Of a DNA stretch of 64,000 nucleotides, positions 1-9,330 are shown in pieces; position 1 is the first letter of the stretch, and each line of letters begins with the position of its first letter. A program made the position numbers and the translations under genes. The notes under the pieces are model-generated. The model saw only the letters and a list, made by a program, of their open reading frames with translations, was not told where the DNA came from and made no database searches. Source of the stretch: an uncultured Bacteroidia bacterium. GTDB taxonomy: Bacteria; Bacteroidota; Bacteroidia; Palsa-948. The stretch covers positions 24,306 to 88,305 of the forward strand of contig CAYZTB010000004.1 of assembly GCA_964481195.1 (NCBI GenBank), given 5' to 3'.

Positions 1-382
1 AGCCTACCAATGCTCCAATTAATCCTCCTGTAGCAGCACCAGCTCCTGCCCCTGCTAATCCAGCAACTATTGGACCTGCTACAATCAATCCTAATCCAGG
101 AACTACAAGACTGGTTCCTATAGCGGCAATAATGCCGGCTACTGCACCTACTGTTCCACCAATTGCAGAACCCGTTCCGGCTCCTTCCAAAGCTTTGGTT
201 CCAACCTCAGTTTTACCTTTTGTAAAATGTTTTTTTCGTGTTTCATCTGACATTACTAAATTAATGTCATCTTTTGTGTAACCGCGTTCGCAAAGTGTGC
301 TATAAGCATTCTCTACACCTCTGCGATCGTTGAACATTCCCGTTACCATTACGCCACGATCTAACGTCATGTTGTCAGCCAT
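1..382 (-). CDS. General stress protein (YflT/17M-like N-terminus plus Gly/Ala-rich membrane region); runs off the window edge
   Basis: Not in the ORF track. Manual translation from ATG at 382: MADNMTLDRGVMVTGMFNDRRGVENAYSTLCERGYTKDDINLVMSD...GAGTGSAIGGTVGAVAGIIAAIG...GLIVAGPIVAGLAGAGAGAATGGLIGALVG, open to the edge. Confidence 0.75.
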   Translation of the reverse strand, partial: MADNMTLDRGVMVTGMFNDRRGVENAYSTLCERGYTKDDINLVMSDETRKKHFTKGKTEVGTKALEGAGTGSAIGGTVGAVAGIIAAIGTSLVVPGLGLIVAGPIVAGLAGAGAGAATGGLIGALVG

Positions 383-432
383 TTGATTTTGATCTTTTTC
401 TTTCATTTGTTTTGTTTTTTAGTTGTTTATTA

Positions 433-1074
433 TTAATCTTGATTTTGAAGCTGTCTTCTTTTTGTTGTTACGGATGTTTCTGCATCTTGATCTTGTTCGT
501 CTCCTTCACCGGATGCCTCAGCGTTTATTGAATCGGAAATTTCTGATAATTTTTCATCCGCTCTTTTTTCTTCGTTTAATGTTTCTTCTAACAGAGCAAC
601 CGCTTCGTTTTCTCCTAGAGTTTTTGCGAAAGAAGAGAGTGTGCCATAAGTTGCGATTTCATAATGTTCAACTTTTTGTCCAGCTAAGATGATTCCTGCA
701 TCGCGCACAACACCCTTTTCAGTTTTTTTCATAATTTCTTCAGCTTCCTTCACGAGGCCTGTCATAGTTTCGCACTTTTTTGCTACCGCTTTCTTACCAA
801 TAGATTTGAAAACTTCTTCGAGGCGCGTTACGTGTTTTTTAGTTTCTTCAAGATGACCGGTGAGTGCCTCTACTAGTTCATCAGTAGTTGCATTTTTAAT
901 CATTTTTGGAATAGCATTTGTTAATTCTTTTTCTGCCCAATAGATGTCTTTCAATTCATCTTCAAATAAATCACGAAGATCTTTTGCTACATCAGGTTTT
1001 TCTTTAATTGCTGTTATGTTTTTTCTTTTACCATTTCCGTTTTTGGAAAATTTAGTGTCTTTTTTCATTTTCAT
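433..1074 (-). CDS. yciF: Ferritin-like DUF892/YciF family protein
   Basis: LFEDELKDIYWAEK, HLEETKKHVTRLEEVF, AGQKVEHYEIATYGTL motifs. Confidence 0.9.
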   Translation of the reverse strand: MKMKKDTKFSKNGNGKRKNITAIKEKPDVAKDLRDLFEDELKDIYWAEKELTNAIPKMIKNATTDELVEALTGHLEETKKHVTRLEEVFKSIGKKAVAKKCETMTGLVKEAEEIMKKTEKGVVRDAGIILAGQKVEHYEIATYGTLSSFAKTLGENEAVALLEETLNEEKRADEKLSEISDSINAEASGEGDEQDQDAETSVTTKRRQLQNQD

Positions 1075-1093
1075 TTTTTTAGTATAATTATTT

Positions 1094-1558
1094 TTATTTT
1101 TTTACCAAATCCATTCCGCATTTGGAGCACTTGCCGGATTTGTCAGATGTTACTTCAGAGTGCATTGGGCAGGTATAAATTGCTGTTGTTTTATTGTTTT
1201 CATTTTCCTTTTGCGTTCCGCCTTTCTCCTCTTTAATCATCACTCCGCAGGTGGTTGTATTTCCATCCATATCCATGCACTCGCCTTCTTTCATTTTTAT
1301 TTTTTTTCCATTTTCCATTATGCAATCACCATTCACCATACATTTAGTTCCGTTTTTCATAGTTACGTCCTTATCCATCGGTATCATTTTCCCGGCTTTC
1401 ATGTGCATCATTTTTCCGTCTTTCATCATGCAACAGTCTTTCATTTTTGAAGAGTCGGCTTTGGACTGTGCATTGGAATTGCTGTTTGCAAAACATAATG
1501 CCATTATCAGTAATGAAGCAAACATGGTGGAAATCATTTTTTTCTTTTTCATAATCAT
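1094..1558 (-). CDS. Secreted Met/Lys-rich protein (DUF6799-like) with C-terminal heavy-metal-binding motif
   Basis: Signal peptide, DCCMMKDGKMM repeats, C-terminal YTCPMHSEV...GKCSKCGMDL. Confidence 0.75.
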   Translation of the reverse strand: MIMKKKKMISTMFASLLIMALCFANSNSNAQSKADSSKMKDCCMMKDGKMMHMKAGKMIPMDKDVTMKNGTKCMVNGDCIMENGKKIKMKEGECMDMDGNTTTCGVMIKEEKGGTQKENENNKTTAIYTCPMHSEVTSDKSGKCSKCGMDLVKK

Positions 1559-1742
1559 TTTTTTTGAATTTTATATTTGTCTTCAGTTCCGCTGTTGCCC
1601 GTTCTTCAGTTTTGCTGTTGCCCAATATTATTTACATTAATGTTCAGTAAATAGTCGCGGAACGCGGCAAGAAGTATAATTTGTTGTTCCCGTCAAATAT
1701 AAACTTGCCACGCCCGCTGTTTCTTTGTCCTACATACTTCAC

Positions 1743-1913
1743 TTATTGTTTCTTGAAGACGGTTATGCCCAATATTGCAGTTAAGACCACAAGCGCTATA
1801 AAGACAAAGAAAATTATTTTAGCGATTGATGCCGCTCCCGCAGCAATACCTGTAAATCCAAAAATTGCTGCTACGATTGCAATAACTAAAAAAATAGCTG
1901 TCCATTTTAACAT
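1743..1913 (-). CDS. DUF1328 (UPF0391) small membrane protein, 56 aa
   Basis: Below the ORF-track cutoff. Manual translation [56 protein letters not shown]. Confidence 0.9.
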   Translation of the reverse strand: MLKWTAIFLVIAIVAAIFGFTGIAAGAASIAKIIFFVFIALVVLTAILGITVFKKQ

Positions 1914-1988
1914 GATGTTGGGTTTTTAGTGTTGTACATATTGATTAAATTTTACTGTTTACTAATTTATTTATGCATAAAATAATTC

Positions 1989-2456
1989 TTAAACTTTTTC
2001 AAGCTTAGCCATATCTCGCAGAGTCCTAATCTTGTCATGATCCATCTGCAACTCGGCTCTTTGTTTTGAAATAATATTCCGTAGGTTATCGCTGAACGGA
2101 GCATCTGCATTTATTACATCATCGTATGTTTCAAGCGCAGCATCTTCGCCTGTTTCGCATGAAGAGATAATTTCTTTTCTGTCTTTGCCTGTAAGGGCGG
2201 CTTTCACATCCATCCATGCACGGAAAATTTTTCCAGTCGTTTTTGTGCCTCGGATAGGCTCGCCACCAAGCAACATGATTTGTGCTGACAACTCACTATT
2301 ATTAGCACTGCTGTGTGAGGCAAGATCTGCAAAAAGCGCTTTTAAATCGCTGTCTTGGATCTCTTTTGCTGCTTTTTCATAGCCCTGAATACGATCATTG
2401 TTTATCTCAACAATATTGTTCAGTTGTTTGATTACTTTTTCATTTGCTTTTTCCAT
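1989..2456 (-). CDS. PA2169/DUF2383 four-helix-bundle (ferritin-like) protein
   Basis: LNNIVEINNDRIQGYEKAA, FRAWMDVKAALTGKDR, CETGEDAALETY. Confidence 0.9.
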   Translation of the reverse strand: MEKANEKVIKQLNNIVEINNDRIQGYEKAAKEIQDSDLKALFADLASHSSANNSELSAQIMLLGGEPIRGTKTTGKIFRAWMDVKAALTGKDRKEIISSCETGEDAALETYDDVINADAPFSDNLRNIISKQRAELQMDHDKIRTLRDMAKLEKV

Positions 2457-2536
2457 GTTTTTTTATGTTTTATTAACGAGTGATTGTAGCGGTGTCTTTT
2501 ATTTTTTATAGATTATTTTTATAAACCCTGATGCAG

Positions 2537-2977
2537 CTATTTAGTATTTCTTTTAGTTAAATCTTTCAAGGAGTTTCCAAGCTCATCCATGTCATGATTA
2601 AATTCTTTTCTGAAAGATTCCCATTTATCTTTTCCATCGTCTTTGTAATCTCTTGCCTTTGCTCTCAGGGTTTCATTTCTTTGCTGTAATTCATCAATTG
2701 ATTTTTCGTATTGCACTTTTTCTTCTCTTTTCATTTTTCTTGCATGCTCTTTTAATTCAGAAATTCTTTTTTCATTGGCATTTATTTTTTCATCTGATTC
2801 AAGTTTGAATTTATTATACTCACTTTTGTAATCTTCTTTTGCCTGATCCAGATTATTAGATGCTTCTTCTACTTTTACTTTTGCGTCATCTACTTTTGCA
2901 GTGGATGAATTGCAGCTTGTGAGTGTTGTTCCTGCCGCAAACGTTGTAAGAGCAAGAATAAAAATTGATTTTTTCAT
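2537..2977 (-). CDS. Coiled-coil lipoprotein typical of Bacteroidota stress clusters
   Basis: Lipobox LTSC; charged helical body ending KWESFRKEFNHDMDELG. Confidence 0.7.
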   Translation of the reverse strand: MKKSIFILALTTFAAGTTLTSCNSSTAKVDDAKVKVEEASNNLDQAKEDYKSEYNKFKLESDEKINANEKRISELKEHARKMKREEKVQYEKSIDELQQRNETLRAKARDYKDDGKDKWESFRKEFNHDMDELGNSLKDLTKRNTK

Positions 2978-3194
2978 TTTGTTTGGATTTTAATTGTTTA
3001 AGGGTTAATTAATATTGTTGATTTGCTGTAATGTTTTATTTTTTGTAAAGATGGGTGACCAAAGTCGCATACTTGTTACATTACTTGTGTAATAAGTTAC
3101 ATCATTCGAATATTCTATTTTTTTCATGTATCTATTAGTTGAGTGTGAATTTTGTATTTCCTGAATGGTGGAATTTCCTTTTTAGAAGTTGTAA

Positions 3195-3995
3195 TTAAAA
3201 TAGAAATGTTATACCTATATATGCGCCATTTGTTTTTCTGGAAGTTTTTATAATAACATTAAAACTATCGCTGCCGGTGCTTTTAGCATTCATATCCAGT
3301 ATACCGTAAAATCCTCTGTAACCTACATCCAATCTACAAGTATGATTTTTATTGAGAGCGAATTCTAAACCTGCCCCATAAGCGAAACCAATATCTCCCT
3401 GTCTCACCGCCACAACCGCTTGTAACGTATCAGTATTGTCACCGCCTGTTGTTTTAATATTTGATCCGACATTAAGCCCAAACTGAGTCCCTACTACAAA
3501 ATTTAGATTTACTGGCTTGGTCTTATCGATATTTAATGAAAGCAATAAAGGAATATCTAAGTAACTGATATGAACTTCACGGTTTAAATCTCGATCTTTA
3601 TAAGTTTGAGAAACCATGTAATAATTAATTTCTCCCTGAAACCCAACGTGTTTATCAAGATTTAATCCTAGCATGATGCCAAATCCATTACTCATTGAAC
3701 CCGAACCTTGAACGACTTCGCCATTATAGTTTCTAAAGTTTAATGAAGAAAATGTTGGCATATATCGAATTCCAAATTCTCCTCTTCGTAACACAGGATT
3801 TTCATTTTCATTCTTTTCTTTTAGAACTGTGTCGTGAACAACAGGCTGTTGTACGGGTTGTGGTTGCGGTACTACCCTTGTTTCTTGAACAGTTGTTTGA
3901 TGTACTGTCTTTATAGTATCCTGAGCTGTTACCACATTTGCAAGCAGTAACGCAGTAAAAAATACTGCAATGTTTAATAAAGTAATGTTTTTCAT
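3195..3995 (-). CDS. Outer-membrane beta-barrel (porin family/PorT-like) protein
   Basis: Signal peptide, alternating beta-strand pattern, YLDIPLLL, C-terminal Phe. Confidence 0.7.
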   Translation of the reverse strand: MKNITLLNIAVFFTALLLANVVTAQDTIKTVHQTTVQETRVVPQPQPVQQPVVHDTVLKEKNENENPVLRRGEFGIRYMPTFSSLNFRNYNGEVVQGSGSMSNGFGIMLGLNLDKHVGFQGEINYYMVSQTYKDRDLNREVHISYLDIPLLLSLNIDKTKPVNLNFVVGTQFGLNVGSNIKTTGGDNTDTLQAVVAVRQGDIGFAYGAGLEFALNKNHTCRLDVGYRGFYGILDMNAKSTGSDSFNVIIKTSRKTNGAYIGITFLF

Positions 3996-4367
3996 TTTGT
4001 TTTATTTTGTTAATTGATAATGTAAGAGTAGACCAAAAGGTTATCTCATAATTGAATATTCGTTAAGAGCAAGAGTTTAATAGCCCAAAGCAGTCAATAA
4101 TGGCTTGGATAAAAACATATGTTAGGTAATCAAACTTAAGTAAGAAGAATCTTTATTGGAATTTCTCCAACCCACTCTCTCAAAAAGAATCCAAAATTTC
4201 TCCCGAAGCAAATTTGGTGTAGGTACATGTAACTTGGTACTTGCTGGTTACCCATCCCGATCGCTTAGATTAGATATATCTTTGACAAAAGAAAAAATAA
4301 AATAAGGAGGCGGGTCTGGATTTATTAATTCTGACCTAAGAGGAACAACCCAAGCAGGTATTTGGCT

Positions 4368-4375
4368 TACCTTTG
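4368..4375 (+). promoter_or_regulatory. Bacteroidota -7 promoter element (TACCTTTG) for cvfB
   Basis: Matches TAnnTTTG; ends 3 nt before the ATG at 4379. Confidence 0.6.
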
Positions 4376-4378
4376 CAT

Positions 4379-5281
4379 ATGATTAATTTGGGAGCATATA
4401 ACACGTTGGCAGTATTACGCAGAGCCGATCAGGGTTTGTATTTGGGCGATGATTCTGGAGAATCGGTGCTTTTGCCAAACCGGTATATTCCCGAAGGTGC
4501 AGATATTGGGGATACGCTGGATGTTTTCATTTATAATGACTCCGAAGACAGAATCATTGCTACCACACTTGTTCCTAAATTTACGCTCAACAAATTTGCT
4601 TGTCTGGAAGTAGTAGCCGTTTCGAGCAGCGGAGCTTTTTTGGATTGGGGCCTGGCTAAAGATATTTTTGTTCCCTTTAAAGAGCAGATGAAAAAACTGG
4701 AAGTGGGACAGTTTGTAATTGCCTTTTTGTATTTAGATACTATTACCAATAGGTTGGCGGCATCGTGTAAGACTAATAAACACTTAAATAATGAAACGCT
4801 TGATGTAAAAGAAAACGAGGAGGTCGAGCTTTTAATTATGGAGAAAACAGATTTGGGTATTAACGTTATTATTAATGATAAATACAAGGGAATTATTTAC
4901 GAAAATGAAATTTTTAAAACCCTTACTTTTGGAGATCGCACAAAAGGACACATTAAAAAAATTAGAGAAGACAATAAAATTGATGTGAGTCTGGAAAAAT
5001 TAGGCTATGCCAAAGTAGAGTCAAACGAAGAAAAGATTTTAGAAAAACTACAAGAGAACAAAGGATTTCTTCCTTTAAATGATTACAGTTCTCCCGAAGA
5101 AATTGTGGCGCTATTGGAAATGAGCAAAAAGACTTTTAAGAAAGCGATTGGCTCCTTATTCAAACAACGAAAAATTAGAATAGAGGAGAAGGGGATATAT
5201 ACCCACCCTCCCCAACCCTCCCAGGGGGAGGGGGTTGCACGCCCAAGTTCTCCCCCTTCGGGGGAGTTAGAGGTGGCTTAA
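4379..5281 (+). CDS. cvfB: CvfB/YitL S1-domain RNA-binding protein with repeat-derived C-terminal tail
   Basis: GAFLDWGLAKDIFVPFKEQ, MSKKTFKKAIGSLFK winged helix; the last ~26 aa are encoded by a palindromic repeat. Confidence 0.9.
   Translation: MINLGAYNTLAVLRRADQGLYLGDDSGESVLLPNRYIPEGADIGDTLDVFIYNDSEDRIIATTLVPKFTLNKFACLEVVAVSSSGAFLDWGLAKDIFVPFKEQMKKLEVGQFVIAFLYLDTITNRLAASCKTNKHLNNETLDVKENEEVELLIMEKTDLGINVIINDKYKGIIYENEIFKTLTFGDRTKGHIKKIREDNKIDVSLEKLGYAKVESNEEKILEKLQENKGFLPLNDYSSPEEIVALLEMSKKTFKKAIGSLFKQRKIRIEEKGIYTHPPQPSQGEGVARPSSPPSGELEVA
5202..5277. repeat. C/G-rich palindromic doublet (family C), copy 1
   Basis: Arm A CCCTCCC-AGG-GGGAGGG, ~15-nt spacer, arm B CTCCCCC-TTC-GGGGGAG-TTAGAGG; same architecture at 11481 and 58800. 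Confidence 0.85.
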
Positions 5282-6478
5282 TCTCCCCGCAATAAAACCC
5301 GTTGTCCATGCTGCTTGAAAGTTAAAGCCGCCAGTTACAGCATCAACATTAAGCACCTCACCTGCAAAATACATGTCTGGGCATTTTTTGCTCTCCATCG
5401 TTTCAAAGTTCACATCATCTAGTGAAATTCCCCCGCAAGTAACAAACTCTTCTTTGAAAGTTGTTTTGCCTTCAGCGCTATAACAATCGTTCACGAGGGT
5501 ATTAATTAATTTATTCAGACTTTTTTTAGGAAGTTGGTTCCAGGTAGTTTCAGAAACAATTTCATTTTTCTCCAGCAGATATAACCACAATCTATTAGGT
5601 AACAGAAAAGGATTTTTGTTTCCTATTTGTCGTTTGCCTATTATTTTTAACTCTGTTTCCAGCTGTGCTCTAATTTCTTGTTCGGTATTATTTCCTAGCC
5701 AGTTTACTAGAATTTCAAATTTATAATTCATGGCTTGCAGCTCTCTGGCTCCCCAAGAGGATAGTTTTAAAATTGCAGGCCCACTCATTCCCCAATGTGT
5801 AATCAACAACGGACCTTCGCTAGAAAGTTTTGTGCCCTTCACTTTTACGGATACCGATTCAGCAACTACGCCCATAAGTTTTGTTATGCTTTCTGTTGGC
5901 ATGTTAAACGTAAAAAGCGATGGTACGGGCGAAACAATTTGATGTCCGAGTTCTTTTAGCCAGTTAAATCCTTCCGGCTTTGGGCTTCCTCCGCTGGCAA
6001 TAATAATTTTGTCGGCAACAATTTCGTTGCTACCCACCGAAAGGATAAATCCTTTGCCCTTCTTGGAGATTTTAGAAATAGCAGTTCCTCTTTTTATAAC
6101 AACGCCAAGCTTATCAGCCTCTTTTGTCAGACAATCAATGATGGTTTGCGAATTATCCGTTACGGGAAACATGCGATTATCTTTTTCTGTTTTAAGCTTT
6201 ACGCCTCTGGCTTCAAACCAATGAACAGTATCGTTTGCGTTAAACTGCGTAAAAGCTTTTTTAAGTTGCCTACCGCCACGAGGGTAAAATTTGGCAAGCT
6301 GAGAGTTTTCAAAACAGGCGTGCGAAACATTACATCGGCCACCACCGGATACGCTCACTTTAGCAAGTAGCTTGTCGGATTTTTCAAGTATCGTAACGTC
6401 AAAATCAGGGTGATGATGCTTGCAAGATAATGCAGCAAAAAACCCGGCAGCTCCTCCTCCTATAACTAGTACTTTCAT
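5267..6478 (-). CDS. NAD(P)/FAD-dependent oxidoreductase, HI0933/YhiN (BaiN) family
   Basis: GGGAAG, VSGGGRCNV, LLITHWGMSGPA, GGFNFQAAWTTG. Confidence 0.92.
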   Translation of the reverse strand: MKVLVIGGGAAGFFAALSCKHHHPDFDVTILEKSDKLLAKVSVSGGGRCNVSHACFENSQLAKFYPRGGRQLKKAFTQFNANDTVHWFEARGVKLKTEKDNRMFPVTDNSQTIIDCLTKEADKLGVVIKRGTAISKISKKGKGFILSVGSNEIVADKIIIASGGSPKPEGFNWLKELGHQIVSPVPSLFTFNMPTESITKLMGVVAESVSVKVKGTKLSSEGPLLITHWGMSGPAILKLSSWGARELQAMNYKFEILVNWLGNNTEQEIRAQLETELKIIGKRQIGNKNPFLLPNRLWLYLLEKNEIVSETTWNQLPKKSLNKLINTLVNDCYSAEGKTTFKEEFVTCGGISLDDVNFETMESKKCPDMYFAGEVLNVDAVTGGFNFQAAWTTGFIAGRLSHL

Positions 6479-6520
6479 CTTTATTTAGTCCTACCTTTAC
6501 AAAACAAAAGTATTGTTTTA

Positions 6521-8482
6521 ATGTCACTAAACAAGATTAGATTTCCTGCCTATGTTAGATTTTTTTTCTTCATGTATTTGTGGGGCATGTTGTTTTTTAT
6601 GCTTTTCAGACTGCTGTTATTAGCTTTAAACATTTCAAGTGGCGTAATAAGCTTTTCGGATTTATCGCTTTTGCCTATTTCTTTTGTTTATGGTTTTAGA
6701 TTTGATACCAGCGTTTCATGCTATATCCTTGCCTTGCCTTTTATAATTTCTTCTTTAGGCTTTTTCTTTAAGCCAATTAGAAAAATATTTTTTCATTTTT
6801 CGTTTTACCTGTTGCTTGCATTTTATTTTGCTGCGTATTTTATTTGTTGTGCAGATATTCCCTATTTCATGCAGTTTTCTTCTAGGCTCAGCACCGCAGC
6901 ATTTTTATGGATTGGAACACCCGGCTTTGTTATTAAGATGATAGTAGGCACCTTTTCCTATTGGATATTTTTTGTGCTATTCGTTTTGGTTTGCTTCCGT
7001 TTTTATCAAGTAGCAGCTAGGGAGAAGAAAAAAGTAGTTACTGATTTTGAAAGTCATACACAATTATTTTTCTTGAAGTCTTTGTTGTTTCTTATTTTGT
7101 TTGCCCCCATTTTATTTTTAGGGATGCGTGGTCGCATAGCCGAAAAATCTCCGATGGTAACGGGCACCGCTTATTTCAGCGAAAATAATTTTTTAAATCA
7201 ACTGGGACTGAATGGAGCGTTTACATTCATTTCCAGTGCGGCCGAAGATTTAGAGAATGGGAATCAGCACATGAGCTTGATGGATGATGAAATGGCTGTA
7301 GAGAACGCAAGAAAATATTTAAAGATTGACTCAGAATATGATTCCCCAATTGCAAGAAAGGTAGTTGCTGCCGGAAAAGAAAAAAAGATGAATGTGGTGC
7401 TTGTCATTATGGAGGGCATGAGCAGCTTTAACATGGGAAAGTATGGAGGCAGGGATACGGTTACTCCTGTTTTAACCGCACTTAGCAAAAAGGGTTTGTA
7501 TTTTGAAAATATTTTTTCACAAGGCATTCATACGTTCAATGGAATTTATTCTTCGCTATTTTCTTATCCTTCCCTGTTGCACAAACACAGCATGCGAAAC
7601 ATTCCTGCTAAACAATATTATTCCATGCCTCTGGTGCTGAAGAAAAACAATTACGAAACCCGTTTTTTCATTACGCACGATGGGCAGTTTGATAATGCAC
7701 AAGGTTTTTTAACTGCAAATGGATTTGATAGAGTTTATGCAGAAAGCGATTATCCTAAGGGAAAAGTACTGAGCACGTTGGGCGTTCCCGATGATTATTT
7801 GTTTGATTTTTCTATTTCCAAGCTAAATGAAATAGCAGCAACTGGGAAAAACTTTTTTGCAGGATACATGACGGGCAGCAATCATAATCCAATTATTATT
7901 CCGGATTGGGTAACAGAAAAATTTAGCTCTGGCGAAGACCATATTCGAATTATTCAGTATTCAGATTGGGCCATTGGCGAGTTTTTAAAAAATTGCTCTA
8001 AGCAAGATTGGTACAACAACACGATTTTTGTTTTTGTTTCCGATCATGGTGCAAACTGGCTGCACACTTACGACATGCCCTTGGGCTTCCATCATGTGCC
8101 CTTAATTATGTATGCTCCTGGATTGCAGCTCGAACCAAAATCAATTTATAACCCGGGTGGACAACTTGATATTTTTCCAACAGTAATGGGGCTGATGAAT
8201 ATGTCCTATCTAAATAGCACCATGGGCATTGATCTATTAAAAGAAGAAAGACCTTACATTTATTTTACAGCGGGTAATAAAATTGGATGCCTTGATAAGG
8301 AATATTATTTTATTCATAGAAAGGACGGAGGAGAAAGTTTATATAAATACGAAGCCTTAGACCCTACCAACTTATTGGAAAAATTTCCTGCCAAAGCTGA
8401 TAGCATGCGCAACTATGCGTTTTCTATGTTGCAAGCAACACAATGGTTGGTGGAGCACCAAAAGTTTAAGAAGCAAGATTAA
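6521..8482 (+). CDS. LTA synthase family / sulfatase-fold membrane protein
   Basis: N-terminal TM helices; NVVLVIMEG, QGIHTFNG, FVSDHG. Confidence 0.88.
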   Translation: MSLNKIRFPAYVRFFFFMYLWGMLFFMLFRLLLLALNISSGVISFSDLSLLPISFVYGFRFDTSVSCYILALPFIISSLGFFFKPIRKIFFHFSFYLLLAFYFAAYFICCADIPYFMQFSSRLSTAAFLWIGTPGFVIKMIVGTFSYWIFFVLFVLVCFRFYQVAAREKKKVVTDFESHTQLFFLKSLLFLILFAPILFLGMRGRIAEKSPMVTGTAYFSENNFLNQLGLNGAFTFISSAAEDLENGNQHMSLMDDEMAVENARKYLKIDSEYDSPIARKVVAAGKEKKMNVVLVIMEGMSSFNMGKYGGRDTVTPVLTALSKKGLYFENIFSQGIHTFNGIYSSLFSYPSLLHKHSMRNIPAKQYYSMPLVLKKNNYETRFFITHDGQFDNAQGFLTANGFDRVYAESDYPKGKVLSTLGVPDDYLFDFSISKLNEIAATGKNFFAGYMTGSNHNPIIIPDWVTEKFSSGEDHIRIIQYSDWAIGEFLKNCSKQDWYNNTIFVFVSDHGANWLHTYDMPLGFHHVPLIMYAPGLQLEPKSIYNPGGQLDIFPTVMGLMNMSYLNSTMGIDLLKEERPYIYFTAGNKIGCLDKEYYFIHRKDGGESLYKYEALDPTNLLEKFPAKADSMRNYAFSMLQATQWLVEHQKFKKQD

Positions 8483-9297
8483 TCCTTGGGATATAAATCT
8501 CCTGCCTTAATTTTGGAGGTGCGTATTCCTTTTATAAGTGCCGAGCTGAACCCTGCATGTTCCATCTCATTTAATCCGGCAATGGTACATCCCTTTGGAG
8601 AGGTTACTTTATCAATTTCATTTTCGGGATGTGAATTATTTGTCAGCAGCAGCGATGCAGCTCCCATAGCAGTTTGAGCTGCCATGCGCAATGCCTCATC
8701 GGCATGAAAACCAATTTCCACTCCACCTTGAGAAGCAGCGCGAATGGCACGTAAGAAAAAGGCGATGCCGCAAGCATTTAATGCTGTAGCAGAAGTCATG
8801 AGCTCCTCGTGAATTTCTTGCGTAATACCAACGGTATCAAAAATAGATTTTATAAGCTCCATACTTTCTTTGGTAGCACTTGATGAGGCAATGCAAGTCA
8901 TAGACTTTTGGATGGCGATGGCAGTATTGGGCATTGCTCTTACTATTTGCATTTGCTTGCCCAACCTAAGATCAAAATCTTTTGTACTCACACCGGAGAC
9001 TACAGAAACCAAAATATGTTTTTTAGGATCCAGAGCCGGCATTATTTCATCAAGTACTCCATTTAATTGTTGTGGAAGCACTGCTATAACAATCACATCG
9101 TTTGCTGCAACAGCCGAAGGATTTTTGATGCTGGTGTTAAAACCAAGTTTTGAAATTGCAGCTAAATTAGATTTACTTCTGCGTGTAATAGTTACTTCTT
9201 TGGCTTTGTAATTTCCAGATTGCACCAATCCTTTAGCCAACGATAAGCCAATGTTTCCGGCTCCCAGTATGGCAATTTTGTGTTTAGATTTTTTCAT
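8479..9297 (-). CDS. proC: Pyrroline-5-carboxylate reductase
   Basis: ILGAGNIG, VRAMPNTA, DKVTSPKGCTIAGL; start taken at MKKSKHK (track ORF extends to 9315). Confidence 0.95.
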   Translation of the reverse strand: MKKSKHKIAILGAGNIGLSLAKGLVQSGNYKAKEVTITRRSKSNLAAISKLGFNTSIKNPSAVAANDVIVIAVLPQQLNGVLDEIMPALDPKKHILVSVVSGVSTKDFDLRLGKQMQIVRAMPNTAIAIQKSMTCIASSSATKESMELIKSIFDTVGITQEIHEELMTSATALNACGIAFFLRAIRAASQGGVEIGFHADEALRMAAQTAMGAASLLLTNNSHPENEIDKVTSPKGCTIAGLNEMEHAGFSSALIKGIRTSKIKAGDLYPKD

Positions 9298-9330
9298 GAT
9301 AAAATAATATTGCACAAATCTAAAACAATC

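Noticed and set aside
3044-4039. Shared TGTAA...GACCAAA motif upstream of two stress genes
   Set aside because: Spacing differs (8 vs 5 nt) and there are only two instances.
4040-4360. 320-bp intergenic stretch as an ncRNA or gene relic
   Set aside because: No tRNA or riboswitch features and no convincing frame; only a short GTAAC/GTTAC stem.
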